64,000 nucleotides of DNA from the NCBI GenBank assembly GCA_963662315.1, contig OY759353.1, positions 4,384,001-4,448,000 of the forward strand. The letters are read 5' to 3'. Of this stretch, positions 22,062-31,899 are shown one piece after another. Below the pieces are notes generated by a model, which was given only the letters and a program-made list of their open reading frames with translations, was not told the origin of the DNA and made no database searches. Origin of the DNA: Geopsychrobacteraceae bacterium (GTDB lineage: Bacteria; Desulfobacterota; Desulfuromonadia; Desulfuromonadales; Geopsychrobacteraceae). The number at the start of each line of letters is the position of its first letter. The first letter of the stretch is position 1. A program made the translations under genes and the position numbers.

Positions 22062-24032
22062 GTGAAATTAAGTCTGACTTTTAAACAGAAGATGGTCCTG
22101 GTTCTGGTATTGGCAATCCTTGGTTTTTCCTTCTTGTCGACTTTAGCAATCACTGGGCTATTTCAAATGAGTTCTGCTATAGATAAGGCAGATTCTGTCG
22201 CACGAAGTACCGGGGAAGCGTCACAGGTTCAATTGACGTTACTTAAGATTGCTGATGACAGCCGAATTCTGACTCCGGATGGCGTTAATAGCTTTTTAGC
22301 GACGATGGATCAGGTTCTTAATGAGCATAAGAGCAACCTTACTCAGCAGGTTGAGCAGATTAAGGGGTCCGCTCTGGCGGAAGACATTGCCTGGATCATT
22401 TCTGCCTCAGACAATTTTCAAAGCGCTTTAAAACGTTTCGCCGAGTTGAAGCAGCAGGTCGGTTTTAACAACGAGGAAGGGTTGCAGGGGGAAGTGTTCA
22501 GAAAGGGCGCAGAGGTCAAAAAAGAGATCTGGTTCTCATCGATGAGTGAAAAGATTCTGAATGTTCAGGTACTGGTGACCAGATATATTAATGAGGGAGA
22601 TCCGGAACAGGCCGAAAAAGTTAAGGCATCTATTCTTGCGCTTAAGCAGACCCTGATTGACCAGAATATGGGCGAGCTTGAATCCAGAAATGGTGTGCTT
22701 TTTGTTACCCTGCTTGATGAGTACCTGGCTGTTTTTGACACTATTGTCGGGCCACGCAATGAATTGCATGAGGTCAACGTTAAAATTGCGGGTTTGCTGG
22801 AGTCGTTGAAAAAACACAGTGCCGCAATGAAACAAAATGGCAACCAGTTGCTCGATAATTCATCCAACGCTGCACATGATACAAAAACAGAAGCGATGAC
22901 AATGATGATTGGTGGATCAGTCATTTGTACCATTCTGACCTGCATTGTACTGTTCTGGATCTCTTTTGACCTGATTAAATCGCTAAACAGGGCTATCAAA
23001 GTTGTTGATCAGGTGGCTGACGGTGATATCCATGTTGATGTCGATTCATCCCGCAAGGATGAAATAGGTAAGCTGTTGGGTTCCATTGCCAATATGGTCG
23101 ATAAGTTGAAGCAGGTGTGTGTGGCGCTGGAAGCGTTATCTGTCGGAGATCTGTCCTTTCATATGGATGTCGATGACAACAAGAAAGATGAGCTGCGCAA
23201 GGCCCTGCGCAAAGTGCGTAATGACTTGAGTTCCATGGTTGGGCAGCAGATTGTCGCCAGCCAGCAGATTTCGTCGAGCAGTGTGAGCGTCAGTGACTTT
23301 TCGCAGTCCTTGTCTCAAGGAGCTACGGAATCCGCTGCGTCTCTTGAGGAAATTTCAAGCTCTCTCAATGAAATGTCTAGCCAGACCAAAATTAACGCCG
23401 ACAATGCCAGCCAGGTCAATATCCTGTCGAGCGAGGCCCGGAGTGCTGCAGAAGAAGGCAACGCACAGATGGAACGTATGGTTGCGGCCATGGCAGATAT
23501 CAGTGATGCCGGTCAGAGCATTAACAAGATCATCAAAGTTATCGATGAAATTGCGTTCCAAACTAATTTGTTGGCCTTGAATGCCGCCGTAGAAGCTGCC
23601 CGGGCAGGTCAGCATGGGAAAGGTTTTGCCGTGGTTGCGGAAGAGGTCCGTAATCTGGCGGCACGCAGCGCCAAGGCCGCGTCCGAAACCAGCGAGCTGA
23701 TTGCCGGTTCCGTGGCCAAGACCAGCAATGGCGTCGAAATTGCCAACCAAACCGCCAGCTCCCTGGAAAAAATATACAGTGGCGTTTCCAAGGTGTCGGA
23801 TCTTGCTGAAGAGATCGCAACGGCCTCCAATGAGCAGGCCAGTGGGATTGGCCAGATCAATGAAGGGCTCGGTCTGATCGACCGGGTTATTCAGCAAAAC
23901 ACTGCGACCGCCCAGGAAAGTGCTGCTGCCGCTGAAGAGCTGTCAAGCCAGGCTGCAGAGTTGCTGAACATGTTGCAACGCTTTCAACTTGAAGAGAATC
24001 AGCAGCGCAGGAGCACTCTATTGTTGAGTTGA
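22062..24032 (+). CDS. Methyl-accepting chemotaxis protein
   Basis: Two TM helices, [39 protein letters not shown]. Confidence 0.97.
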   Translation: MKLSLTFKQKMVLVLVLAILGFSFLSTLAITGLFQMSSAIDKADSVARSTGEASQVQLTLLKIADDSRILTPDGVNSFLATMDQVLNEHKSNLTQQVEQIKGSALAEDIAWIISASDNFQSALKRFAELKQQVGFNNEEGLQGEVFRKGAEVKKEIWFSSMSEKILNVQVLVTRYINEGDPEQAEKVKASILALKQTLIDQNMGELESRNGVLFVTLLDEYLAVFDTIVGPRNELHEVNVKIAGLLESLKKHSAAMKQNGNQLLDNSSNAAHDTKTEAMTMMIGGSVICTILTCIVLFWISFDLIKSLNRAIKVVDQVADGDIHVDVDSSRKDEIGKLLGSIANMVDKLKQVCVALEALSVGDLSFHMDVDDNKKDELRKALRKVRNDLSSMVGQQIVASQQISSSSVSVSDFSQSLSQGATESAASLEEISSSLNEMSSQTKINADNASQVNILSSEARSAAEEGNAQMERMVAAMADISDAGQSINKIIKVIDEIAFQTNLLALNAAVEAARAGQHGKGFAVVAEEVRNLAARSAKAASETSELIAGSVAKTSNGVEIANQTASSLEKIYSGVSKVSDLAEEIATASNEQASGIGQINEGLGLIDRVIQQNTATAQESAAAAEELSSQAAELLNMLQRFQLEENQQRRSTLLLS

Positions 24033-24060
24033 TAATGTCGCAATTAATCTAAAACGTAAG

Positions 24061-24097
24061 ACAGCCCGTTGTTACCGGAAGCGTAGCAACGGGCTGT
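24061..24097 (+). terminator. Hairpin downstream of the MCP gene
   Basis: acagcccgttg / caacgggctgt inverted repeat. Confidence 0.6.
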
Positions 24098-24125
24098 TGT
24101 GTTTTGAGTGCTGATCATATGTGTT

Positions 24126-24176
24126 GTAAATATAGAAAAGCCTTCGTTGATCAGACGAAGGCTTTTCTATATTTAC
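24126..24176. terminator. 22-bp perfect inverted repeat, probable bidirectional terminator
   Basis: gtaaatatagaaaagccttcgt-tgatcag-acgaaggcttttctatatttac between convergent genes. Confidence 0.65.
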
Positions 24177-24290
24177 GGTAAATGAAACAACAAATGGCAA
24201 AAATTACCCTATCATGTTGAACGAAAGGGTTCAATGAAATATGCATAAAAAGATGGGGTTTAAGTTTCGCTTATTTGCAGTCATGCTCTG

Positions 24291-26912
24291 TCAAGAACTC
24301 CTGGATTTTCCTAGAGCTCTACTGATTGCTTCCCCCAACCCATTAATATTATATGGTTTCTTTATGAGTCCTGCCGCTCCGGACTGTATTGTTTCTTCGA
24401 CATCTATACTGGTAGAGTAGCCTGTTGCAATGAGAGCTTTTTGGGCTGGATTTATTTTTTTGATGCGCGAGTAAGTTTCTTTTCCACTGATGCCCGGATC
24501 CATTTGCATGTCGAGCAGAACCAGATCGACACCTGTGGAGTGTAACACTTCAAGGGCCTCTTCGCCGCTGGCCGCAGAGATGGTTTGGTAACCAAGCAGA
24601 TTCAGCATTTCACAGGCTATTTTTCTGAGAATTTCTTCGTCATCGACAACAAGAATGCGTTCCCCGTCCCCTTTGGGCAGATTTCTGCGCTCCAAATGGT
24701 CCTGTGAGATCGAAGCGTCGTGTTCCGCTGGGAGCAATATGGTAAAGCAGGTTCCCGCCGGTGAGCTTTTGACGAGGATGGTTCCTTCGTGCTCACGGAT
24801 AGCATTCCATGCAACAGCCAGGCCCAGGCCGGTTCCACTTCTGCCCAGCCCTTTTTTGGAAAAAAACGGCTCAAAAATTCGGTCGATATCTTCTGCTGAA
24901 ATGCCACTTCCACTATCCTGTATATCAATGGCAATGAAGGGGCCTTCCTTTAACTCAGTGGATAGCTCTCTAAGTTTATCGACATCAATATTCTGTGTTG
25001 AAATCTGTACCTTCCCCCTATCTTTAGTCGCTTCGAAAGCGTTGATAATCAGGTTCATAAAGGTTTTTTCAATATGGCTTCTGGAACATGAACAGGGCCA
25101 TAGGTCTGCGGCCGGGGTAAATGAAAACAAGACATGCGGGTGGGTTTCTCTCAGTTTAAGAAATTCTGGTGCATTACAATAACCGCGAAGCATGTCATTG
25201 ATATCATTCAACTGGTGTACGGATGCCGATCCCCTTGCAATAGTAAGCAGGTCGGCAACAACGTCAGCTGCGCGTTCTCCCGAGGTTTTAATCATATTAA
25301 GGGGATCCCTCATGGTGTCATCGGGACCGAGTCTCAAAAGGAGCATTTCCGGCAAACAGATGATGCCGGACAGGATATTATTAAGATCGTGGGCGACACC
25401 ACCGGCCATTAATCCTAACAATTCCATTTTCTGAGATTGTTGACGTTGCTCATTGAGCTCTTTTTGTTGCTGCTCGATACGGTAACGAATGGTCATATCA
25501 TGACCAATGATATTCAGGTCAAGCAGTTCCCCGGTGGAATCAAAATGGAGGTTGACGGTTAACAGCAAGCGTGAATTACCTTGGCTGCTGTTGACCATGC
25601 TGCACTCAAGACTGCCGCTGTCTTGAGCAGTGGCGATCCAGCTGTTCAGGGTCGTTTCAAATATTGGCCAATCTTCTTCGCTTATACAGTTTTTCAGGGG
25701 TAGGCCGACAATATCTGAAGTTGAAATACCGGTCAGTTTGGAGATTGTGTGGTTGGCATAGCTTATGGTCAGGTCATGATCAAGGCGCAGGACAAGGTTA
25801 CTGGTGCTTTCAACCAGTTCACGGTATTTGCGTTCATTATCACGTAACTGCCCTTCGCGGTGCTGAATGGCTGTTGCCATCTGGCTGATACTTTCCAAAA
25901 GCTGCTGCAATTCGACAAAGTTACTGCTAGGAAGGGAGTGGGAATAATCTCCATGCGCGATAATTCTGCTTGTTTGCATCACCTTGGTCAAAGGGATGAC
26001 AACTTTTTTAGCGCGGTAGTACGCCAGTAGTAGTGACAAGACGATAGCGCAACAGATGCCGCCGGCAAAGATAAGTAGAGGAATTACCAGGGTGGACGAA
26101 AAAATGCTTGTCGGAATAGCGATAAGCGATATCCAGCCGATTTGAGTGATCTTGCGGGTGGAACCGAAATAGGTTGTCCCTCGCCAGGTGAATTGAGCGT
26201 TTTGGTCTTTCCCCTGAAGAGCCGCGGCGACTAAAGCGATATCGTTCATCATAATACTTTTACCGGTAAGCTCTTGATCCGGGTGGAACAGAATCGCGCC
26301 GTTGCGGTCGATAACCATGGCGGTGACCGATTCATTACTGAGTTGGGCAATAAAGTTTTCAAGGGTCTTAAGGTTGATGTCTGCCGCAAGAGTGTACTGG
26401 CCGGAAGGCATGTAGAGAGTGACGCTTGTGGTACCGCTGGCCAGAGAGAGAAAGGTGTCGGACCAGACGGCACGCCGCAAGGATTTTACTGTTTTGAATT
26501 CCTTTTTGTGTCCGAGTTCAATACCGAGAACATCTCTGCGATAAAATTCTCGCTCTGCGGGCAGCCCAGCACTGATGACCTTACCTGTTGCATTGAGAAG
26601 ATAGATGGATTCAAAATAACCAGATTCCTGAATAGAGTTATTAAGCAGGTCTGTGATGGTATTGTCGCTGGCGAAGCCGGGTTTGCCAAGAACCGAGCCG
26701 ATCGTGCTCAGAGTTGCCTGGGGCTGATCCATGAATTGTTGAATCTGGCTGCGGATTCCTCTGGATAGCAGATCAGTCCTTAGCATGAAGTCATGCTTTT
26801 TATCCTGAAACACGAAAAGCAGGATGAACAGCGCGATAAATATTAAGGGAATGAGACTGATCAGAGTATTGGATATGACCAGTGATTTCCGTAGTGTCTG
26901 ATTTTTTTTCAC
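24291..26912 (-). CDS. Hybrid sensor histidine kinase (Cache, HAMP, PAS, HisKA, HATPase, REC)
   Basis: GVAHDLNNIL H-box, GTGLGL, receiver LVVDDE..DMQM. Confidence 0.92.
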   Translation of the reverse strand: MKKNQTLRKSLVISNTLISLIPLIFIALFILLFVFQDKKHDFMLRTDLLSRGIRSQIQQFMDQPQATLSTIGSVLGKPGFASDNTITDLLNNSIQESGYFESIYLLNATGKVISAGLPAEREFYRRDVLGIELGHKKEFKTVKSLRRAVWSDTFLSLASGTTSVTLYMPSGQYTLAADINLKTLENFIAQLSNESVTAMVIDRNGAILFHPDQELTGKSIMMNDIALVAAALQGKDQNAQFTWRGTTYFGSTRKITQIGWISLIAIPTSIFSSTLVIPLLIFAGGICCAIVLSLLLAYYRAKKVVIPLTKVMQTSRIIAHGDYSHSLPSSNFVELQQLLESISQMATAIQHREGQLRDNERKYRELVESTSNLVLRLDHDLTISYANHTISKLTGISTSDIVGLPLKNCISEEDWPIFETTLNSWIATAQDSGSLECSMVNSSQGNSRLLLTVNLHFDSTGELLDLNIIGHDMTIRYRIEQQQKELNEQRQQSQKMELLGLMAGGVAHDLNNILSGIICLPEMLLLRLGPDDTMRDPLNMIKTSGERAADVVADLLTIARGSASVHQLNDINDMLRGYCNAPEFLKLRETHPHVLFSFTPAADLWPCSCSRSHIEKTFMNLIINAFEATKDRGKVQISTQNIDVDKLRELSTELKEGPFIAIDIQDSGSGISAEDIDRIFEPFFSKKGLGRSGTGLGLAVAWNAIREHEGTILVKSSPAGTCFTILLPAEHDASISQDHLERRNLPKGDGERILVVDDEEILRKIACEMLNLLGYQTISAASGEEALEVLHSTGVDLVLLDMQMDPGISGKETYSRIKKINPAQKALIATGYSTSIDVEETIQSGAAGLIKKPYNINGLGEAISRALGKSRSS

Positions 26913-28042
26913 TGGAATTCCTCATTGATGACGAATTCGCCGTTGGTGATCTGTCCCATGTAGGTTGCGTGAGTTGAGTCACCGTATTTATTGAAATGGA
27001 TCTTGAATTGCAATCCTTGAAATTCAGCAATTCTCAGAATTGCCTCCTTAAGGCTTTCCTGTTTGTTTTTACGCTGGATTCCCTGTATGGCTATTTGAGC
27101 TGCCTCGAAAGCATGCAACGCGCCAAAGCCGGGCTCTGTCTTATATAGCTCAAGAAATCTATGCCTAAAAGCCAGGTAGGCCGGATTAGAACTTGTGCGG
27201 TTAAAAATTTGCTGAATAATTACTCCTTCGACCGCTTTTCCACCAAGATCGATCAGCTGTTCAGTTGCTGCCCAGTCGGCCATTGCCAAGGGGACCTCCC
27301 AACTACTTTTGCGAACTTGCTGGCTGATCATGGCTGCATCTACAGAGTTGGTGACTATAATCAGAACATCAATTTGATGACTGCGCATCTGTTCGACAAG
27401 GGGGAGGAGTTTGGTGTTGTCTTTAGATATAAAGGGCATATCGATTACCGATTGTCCTTTGTTTTCAAGGAAGGATTCCTTGAACGCCTCAACCCATGCT
27501 TGAGTGTAAGCGCTATTCCCAAGGTCGTAGATGACACCTGCACGCTTAAAAGATCTTTCCAGGCTGAGATAGCGCGCCATCATCGATGAGGAGGTGCTGG
27601 AAACGGTGCAAGTCCTGAAAAAATTATCGTCGATATCTTTAAGGAGCTGGGTTGAGGAGGTCGGGGAGATCATGAGGGTGTCTGATTGATTAACAAGTGG
27701 GAGTGTTGCCACCGACATACTACTGGTGGAATGTCCGATAATGACCGGAACCTTGCGCTCAAGAAGGGAGGCGACAGCGTTAATGGCTGCCTCGTGTTTT
27801 TGCTGGTCGTCGAGGGCAATGATTTCTATAGGATGACCATGAATTCCACCCTTGAGATTTTGTTGCTCGACGGCAATTTCAACCCCTCTGCGACAATCGA
27901 CGCCCAGATCGGCGTATTTGCCTGTAATCCCGGCGACAAAGCCAATCATTATCGGGGTTTTTGGACGCAGGAACCAATAGCCACCAAGCAGGATCAGAAT
28001 GATCAAGACAAGGATCGTGTAAAGCGCCGATTTGCGAAGCAT
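26909..28042 (-). CDS. Branched-chain amino acid-type periplasmic binding protein
   Basis: IGFVAGITG.YADLG..GVEIAVEQ.N..GGI.G, ISPTSS, FFRT (LivK-like); overlaps the kinase start. Confidence 0.88.
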   Translation of the reverse strand: MLRKSALYTILVLIILILLGGYWFLRPKTPIMIGFVAGITGKYADLGVDCRRGVEIAVEQQNLKGGIHGHPIEIIALDDQQKHEAAINAVASLLERKVPVIIGHSTSSMSVATLPLVNQSDTLMISPTSSTQLLKDIDDNFFRTCTVSSTSSSMMARYLSLERSFKRAGVIYDLGNSAYTQAWVEAFKESFLENKGQSVIDMPFISKDNTKLLPLVEQMRSHQIDVLIIVTNSVDAAMISQQVRKSSWEVPLAMADWAATEQLIDLGGKAVEGVIIQQIFNRTSSNPAYLAFRHRFLELYKTEPGFGALHAFEAAQIAIQGIQRKNKQESLKEAILRIAEFQGLQFKIHFNKYGDSTHATYMGQITNGEFVINEEFQ

Positions 28043-28310
28043 GACCTTCCTCCTTACCTGGTTTCTGAAATTTTGCTATTTCTTAAGCATTTATGCTTAC
28101 AATTTATCAGAATGTTTAGAGGTGATAAATGAAAAAAGGTTTATGCCGGATATGTTCTGACATCGGATACTGCAGCGTCATCGGTGGTTGATCTACTGAA
28201 TATAGTTTTTCTGTGAAGAAGAAAATGTTATTGGTAGTAAAAAGTATCACATTGTGATTTGGGTTTTTTATTGCCCTGTTGTCTGCTGACGCGAGAAAGG
28301 GGAATCTGGG

Positions 28311-28613
28311 ATGAATTTAAAACTGACACCAAAAGCGCACAAATTTATTACTGAAAATGGCAATAATGCAACCATCGGTCTGGCTAAGCAGGTCTGCTAC
28401 AGCTGAGGCGGCGCACAGTCGCGAGACATCCCATCGGTGCGATGGGGACAGCCAGATTCAACCGAACAGCAGGATTATGAGCCACGGGTCGTTGACGGAA
28501 CCACCGTCTATGTTCACAAGGCTATCAAAGGAATTGCCAATGCCCGCATTGACCTGGTCACTGGCGGCGTGGGGACCAAATTGATCTTTCTTGGTTTTTC
28601 CGGAACCAAATAA
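28311..28613 (+). CDS. Selenoprotein, CC/Se-motif (HesB-like) family, in-frame TGA at 28404-28406
   Basis: Manual translation gives 100 aa with C-Y-S-U-G-G; frame stays open after TGA; SECIS-like hairpin follows. Confidence 0.75.
28430..28446 (+). promoter_or_regulatory. Putative bacterial SECIS hairpin
   Basis: cccatcg-gtg-cgatggg stem-loop; loop starts with G about 30 nt after the UGA. Confidence 0.6.
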
Positions 28614-28615
28614 TT

Positions 28616-28653
28616 AAAGGCACCGTCTTATATGTAGGGCGGTGCCTTTTTTT
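28616..28653 (+). terminator. Intrinsic terminator
   Basis: aaaggcaccg...cggtgccttt followed by T run, directly after the selenoprotein stop. Confidence 0.75.
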
Positions 28654-29159
28654 GTTGTTGATGTCTAGGCGGGGGGAGAGGGTATAGGAGACATATTTAT
28701 AGCTTTGGAGTGTCTAAAACACTGGTGGCGATTCAAATTGCACTTTTAGCGTGACCAGTCAAAACCACCGGGTCCCGACCGCGCAAGCCCTTTTTCCATA
28801 AGTCACGATTTTCAGTATAAAAAGCCCCTCCTTTGCTTTCAGAGAGGGGGGCTTTCCAATATGTCTTATGCTACTCTTTCTTAGATCATCTAGGGATATT
28901 TAATATGCTGAGCAGGCAAGAAGTTAATACACTGTCTGTCAGATCAAGTCTCGATTACTACATCTTACACCAACTGTCAGATCGAGTTTGAGTTACTTCA
29001 ATTTAAGCCCCACCATAGATCGGTATTAACGCTTTCGGTTTTTAGTCTGTCAAGTATCTATTTTTTCTATGCGCTGTAGCTTTATCATACATGTCGAAAT
29101 TATGGCAATCACTCAATTCGTTTTTGGATTGAGTGAATACATGGGTTCGGGAATATCGC

Positions 29160-29327
29160 CATGCCAGCGTCATCGATCTGGTGAGGAATTATCAGAGTGA
29201 TCTGGAAGGGTCGGATTTGAAATCCAAGAAAAAAGAGGGACGCAGGGCGCTCCTACAAAATACGCGCTTCTCAATGAACACAAAGAAACCTATTTAGAGG
29301 GGTCGCGTTTGAAACGTGGCCCCTCTT
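29160..29327 (+). pseudogene. Remnant of a Rha-family phage regulatory gene
   Basis: Two frames read HASVIDLVRNYQSDLE and RVGFEIQEKRGTQGAPTKYALLNEH, resembling Rha proteins. Confidence 0.5.
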
Positions 29328-29398
29328 GAAGAATTACCTTGGATGCTTATGAAATGATATGAAATTTTAATCGAAAGTTAAAAATTCTTGACTGGTCA

Positions 29399-30670
29399 TC
29401 AACGCCTTTTCCTCAGTGCCATGTGAAATCTTATCTGTTCCCAGAGTTGTTGGTCTTCCCCTTGAAGGTTACTGATGAGACCTCGGATAAAAGCGATAAT
29501 GAGGGATAAGAACCCGGCGACAAAAGTTGCAATGATGACCTGAAACGCCCGATTTGGTGCGCTCTTGAGATCGGGTGGTACTGCGTTGTCCAGAACCTGG
29601 ATGGTTGACATGTTTTTTGCTTCGCTGATCTTGGCAACTTCATATTGCTGAGTTAATAATTCATAAATAGCCTCTTGAATCTTCAAGTTGCGCAGTAAGC
29701 GTGCGTAGCTCAGACCCAACCTTGGGACTGCAGAAGTCGCCATGAAGATGTCTGGGATCTCCTTGCCTTCTGGGGAGCGTTCCATGCGGGCAATCTGTTC
29801 TTTGACCTGCGCGATTCCTTCACGCAAGGCTTTCACTTCGGGGTTCTTCTCGGTCTGTGAAGACAGAAGGACACCAAGTCTAACTTCCATACTGGCTAGG
29901 TCTCCTTTCAGGGCCGCAATGGCGGAGATGATAGCGCTGGCCTGATCCTCGATCCGGATGGCTTTATTCTGTTCCTGACAGGTTTTCAGGGCCTCTTCTG
30001 CGTCTGTTAAATCGGCCTTCACCAGCTTCAAACGATCTTCCAAAAACACCCGTTCCCGTCCTGCGTTATTCAGGTTGATTGTGGCATTGAGTCGCTTCAG
30101 TTCGTCAATATAGGCATTGACAATATTTGCGGCAAGCTGAGGGTCTTTGTCACGGAAACTGACAGTTAGGATGCGGTCATCTTTTCCAAAGGAAAAGTTT
30201 GATTTGGTAGCTAAACGTTTATAAGCACTTGATCGTACTTTCAATTTGAAGCGCTTCATCAGATCGAACCGCTCAATAATAGCATCGTTGATGGTTCGGC
30301 TTTTGAGCATGCCGATATATTGTTCAGATGTCTGTCTGACGGCACGACGTCCCGCAAAAGACGCAAGTCTTCCTAGTCTTCCACCCAAGTTGGCACTGAG
30401 ACCATCAGAGTTTTCCTGAGGAGGTAATAACCTCGCTGTAGCTGTATAAGTATCCGGTTTTAGCAACGTCAACCCACAGGCCAAAACAAAGACAACAAGG
30501 CAGGTGAGGATGATCATTTTCTTGTAATGGACGATGACCAGCAGTAGCTTGAGGAGACTGTTTTCGTCGTTTGTCTGTTGTGGATTCACTCCGGCCCTTT
30601 CTGGCATAAAATCCCACGAGGAATGTATTGTATATTTGAATATCCTCAAGGAGGGTTTTATCTTAACCAA
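29399..30670 (-). CDS. Wzz/GumC-family polysaccharide chain-length/export protein
   Basis: N-terminal TM then YTATARLLPPQ, coiled coil, IQVLD.AVPP..KS.P.R and C-terminal TM; true start may be ATG at 30607. Confidence 0.88.
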   Translation of the reverse strand: MVKIKPSLRIFKYTIHSSWDFMPERAGVNPQQTNDENSLLKLLLVIVHYKKMIILTCLVVFVLACGLTLLKPDTYTATARLLPPQENSDGLSANLGGRLGRLASFAGRRAVRQTSEQYIGMLKSRTINDAIIERFDLMKRFKLKVRSSAYKRLATKSNFSFGKDDRILTVSFRDKDPQLAANIVNAYIDELKRLNATINLNNAGRERVFLEDRLKLVKADLTDAEEALKTCQEQNKAIRIEDQASAIISAIAALKGDLASMEVRLGVLLSSQTEKNPEVKALREGIAQVKEQIARMERSPEGKEIPDIFMATSAVPRLGLSYARLLRNLKIQEAIYELLTQQYEVAKISEAKNMSTIQVLDNAVPPDLKSAPNRAFQVIIATFVAGFLSLIIAFIRGLISNLQGEDQQLWEQIRFHMALRKRR

Positions 30671-31899
30671 ACCTCAAGGTCAGTCAATATCGCTGTTTCA
30701 GCCTGATATACATTTCTTTGTTTATCCCTCAAAAATTCGAATCCCCGCCTAAGGAACAGAGCCCAGTAGACAGGATAAAACGCATAAAGCAAAACAGAGC
30801 GTTCGGCAATAGGATATCGGGCTGAAATGATAGATTTTGACGGAAATATCAAGCTCAGTAGATATGTGATCTTTTTTAGAAAACTTTTTCTACCAATGAG
30901 ATTGTGCCCGTATCTCACACTCCTGGAGTCCACGTCTCTCAGAATCAGTTGACAAGCGTTACTGATCATATCGGGAAGTTTTTCGTGTTCAACGGTTAAG
31001 TTTTCGGGCCATATAATATCCTGCTTTCCCCAGAAGTGTTCCAACATTTTGAGCGCCAAGACCGATCCACGGATACGTTCTGCCTTTTGTGTCAAGGACC
31101 AGAAGTATGTCCAGTCAACGGTTCTGCTTTGCAGGAGGTAACCAAGGTCACTGATGGTCAAGGGTCCGTTGGTAAATTTATGTTCATAAACGGCATGATC
31201 AATTAAGTGGAATAACTGATCAGCTGGTGATAAGTAGGGAATTTTTACCCCTGCCACTTCATCGTACACGATGTGTGTCCAAGTCATTTCTTCATTTGCA
31301 AGGTCGCTGACTGGTTCATTCCCAGGATGTGGGGTTGTCAGCCTGAGATGTGGTTCAATCGTGACACCACCTAATACTGACCATAGCGGAGGAAGATGTC
31401 GGGCATGTTTCGCGACACTTTCAATGCATCCTTTATTTGGGTAGACCCGGCGGCACCCCGCGTCGATCAACGCTTGATAAACATCAAAAATATTTCTTTC
31501 AGGAACGAGGATGTCAAGATCACGCAAAGGTCTCAACGCTGGCTGAGGATAAGCATGAAAGGCAAGCCATGCCCCTTTTAGCGCAACGTATTTGAATCCA
31601 GACGGTTCGATTGCTTGGTGGAGGTGACGCAGCTCACGTTGCAGCGTCATAGAACGCATGGTTGATTTTTTGAAGCTTTTGGCACAGAAGTCACGTAAAC
31701 TTTGAGGCACGGATACTTCTGGGCATTCTCGGGTTAAGCGCCAGTGCATCAGCGGTCCTAGGCGGTGTTCCTGAAGCATTTCCCTCATAGTCTTCCAATC
31801 CGATGTGTCAAGGTCGTTTGTTGCCGATAACGACTTGACATTTTTTAGAAAAAGCAGATCGAGAAGAATTGATTTTAGTTCAGATAAAGGACGCCCCAT
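30658..31899 (-). CDS. Nucleotidyltransferase (NTP_transf_5-like)
   Basis: LKGAWLA..YP.P.LRPLRDLDILV motif. Confidence 0.85.
   Translation of the reverse strand: MGRPLSELKSILLDLLFLKNVKSLSATNDLDTSDWKTMREMLQEHRLGPLMHWRLTRECPEVSVPQSLRDFCAKSFKKSTMRSMTLQRELRHLHQAIEPSGFKYVALKGAWLAFHAYPQPALRPLRDLDILVPERNIFDVYQALIDAGCRRVYPNKGCIESVAKHARHLPPLWSVLGGVTIEPHLRLTTPHPGNEPVSDLANEEMTWTHIVYDEVAGVKIPYLSPADQLFHLIDHAVYEHKFTNGPLTISDLGYLLQSRTVDWTYFWSLTQKAERIRGSVLALKMLEHFWGKQDIIWPENLTVEHEKLPDMISNACQLILRDVDSRSVRYGHNLIGRKSFLKKITYLLSLIFPSKSIISARYPIAERSVLLYAFYPVYWALFLRRGFEFLRDKQRNVYQAETAILTDLEVWLR

Noticed and set aside
28357..28584. 75-aa ORF from the track
   Set aside because: It is an alternative frame of the selenoprotein gene, which fits the RBS, motif and terminator better
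28723..28740. tRNA-like 3' end as a second att site for the lasso block
   Set aside because: Too short and does not match the tRNA-Thr sequence
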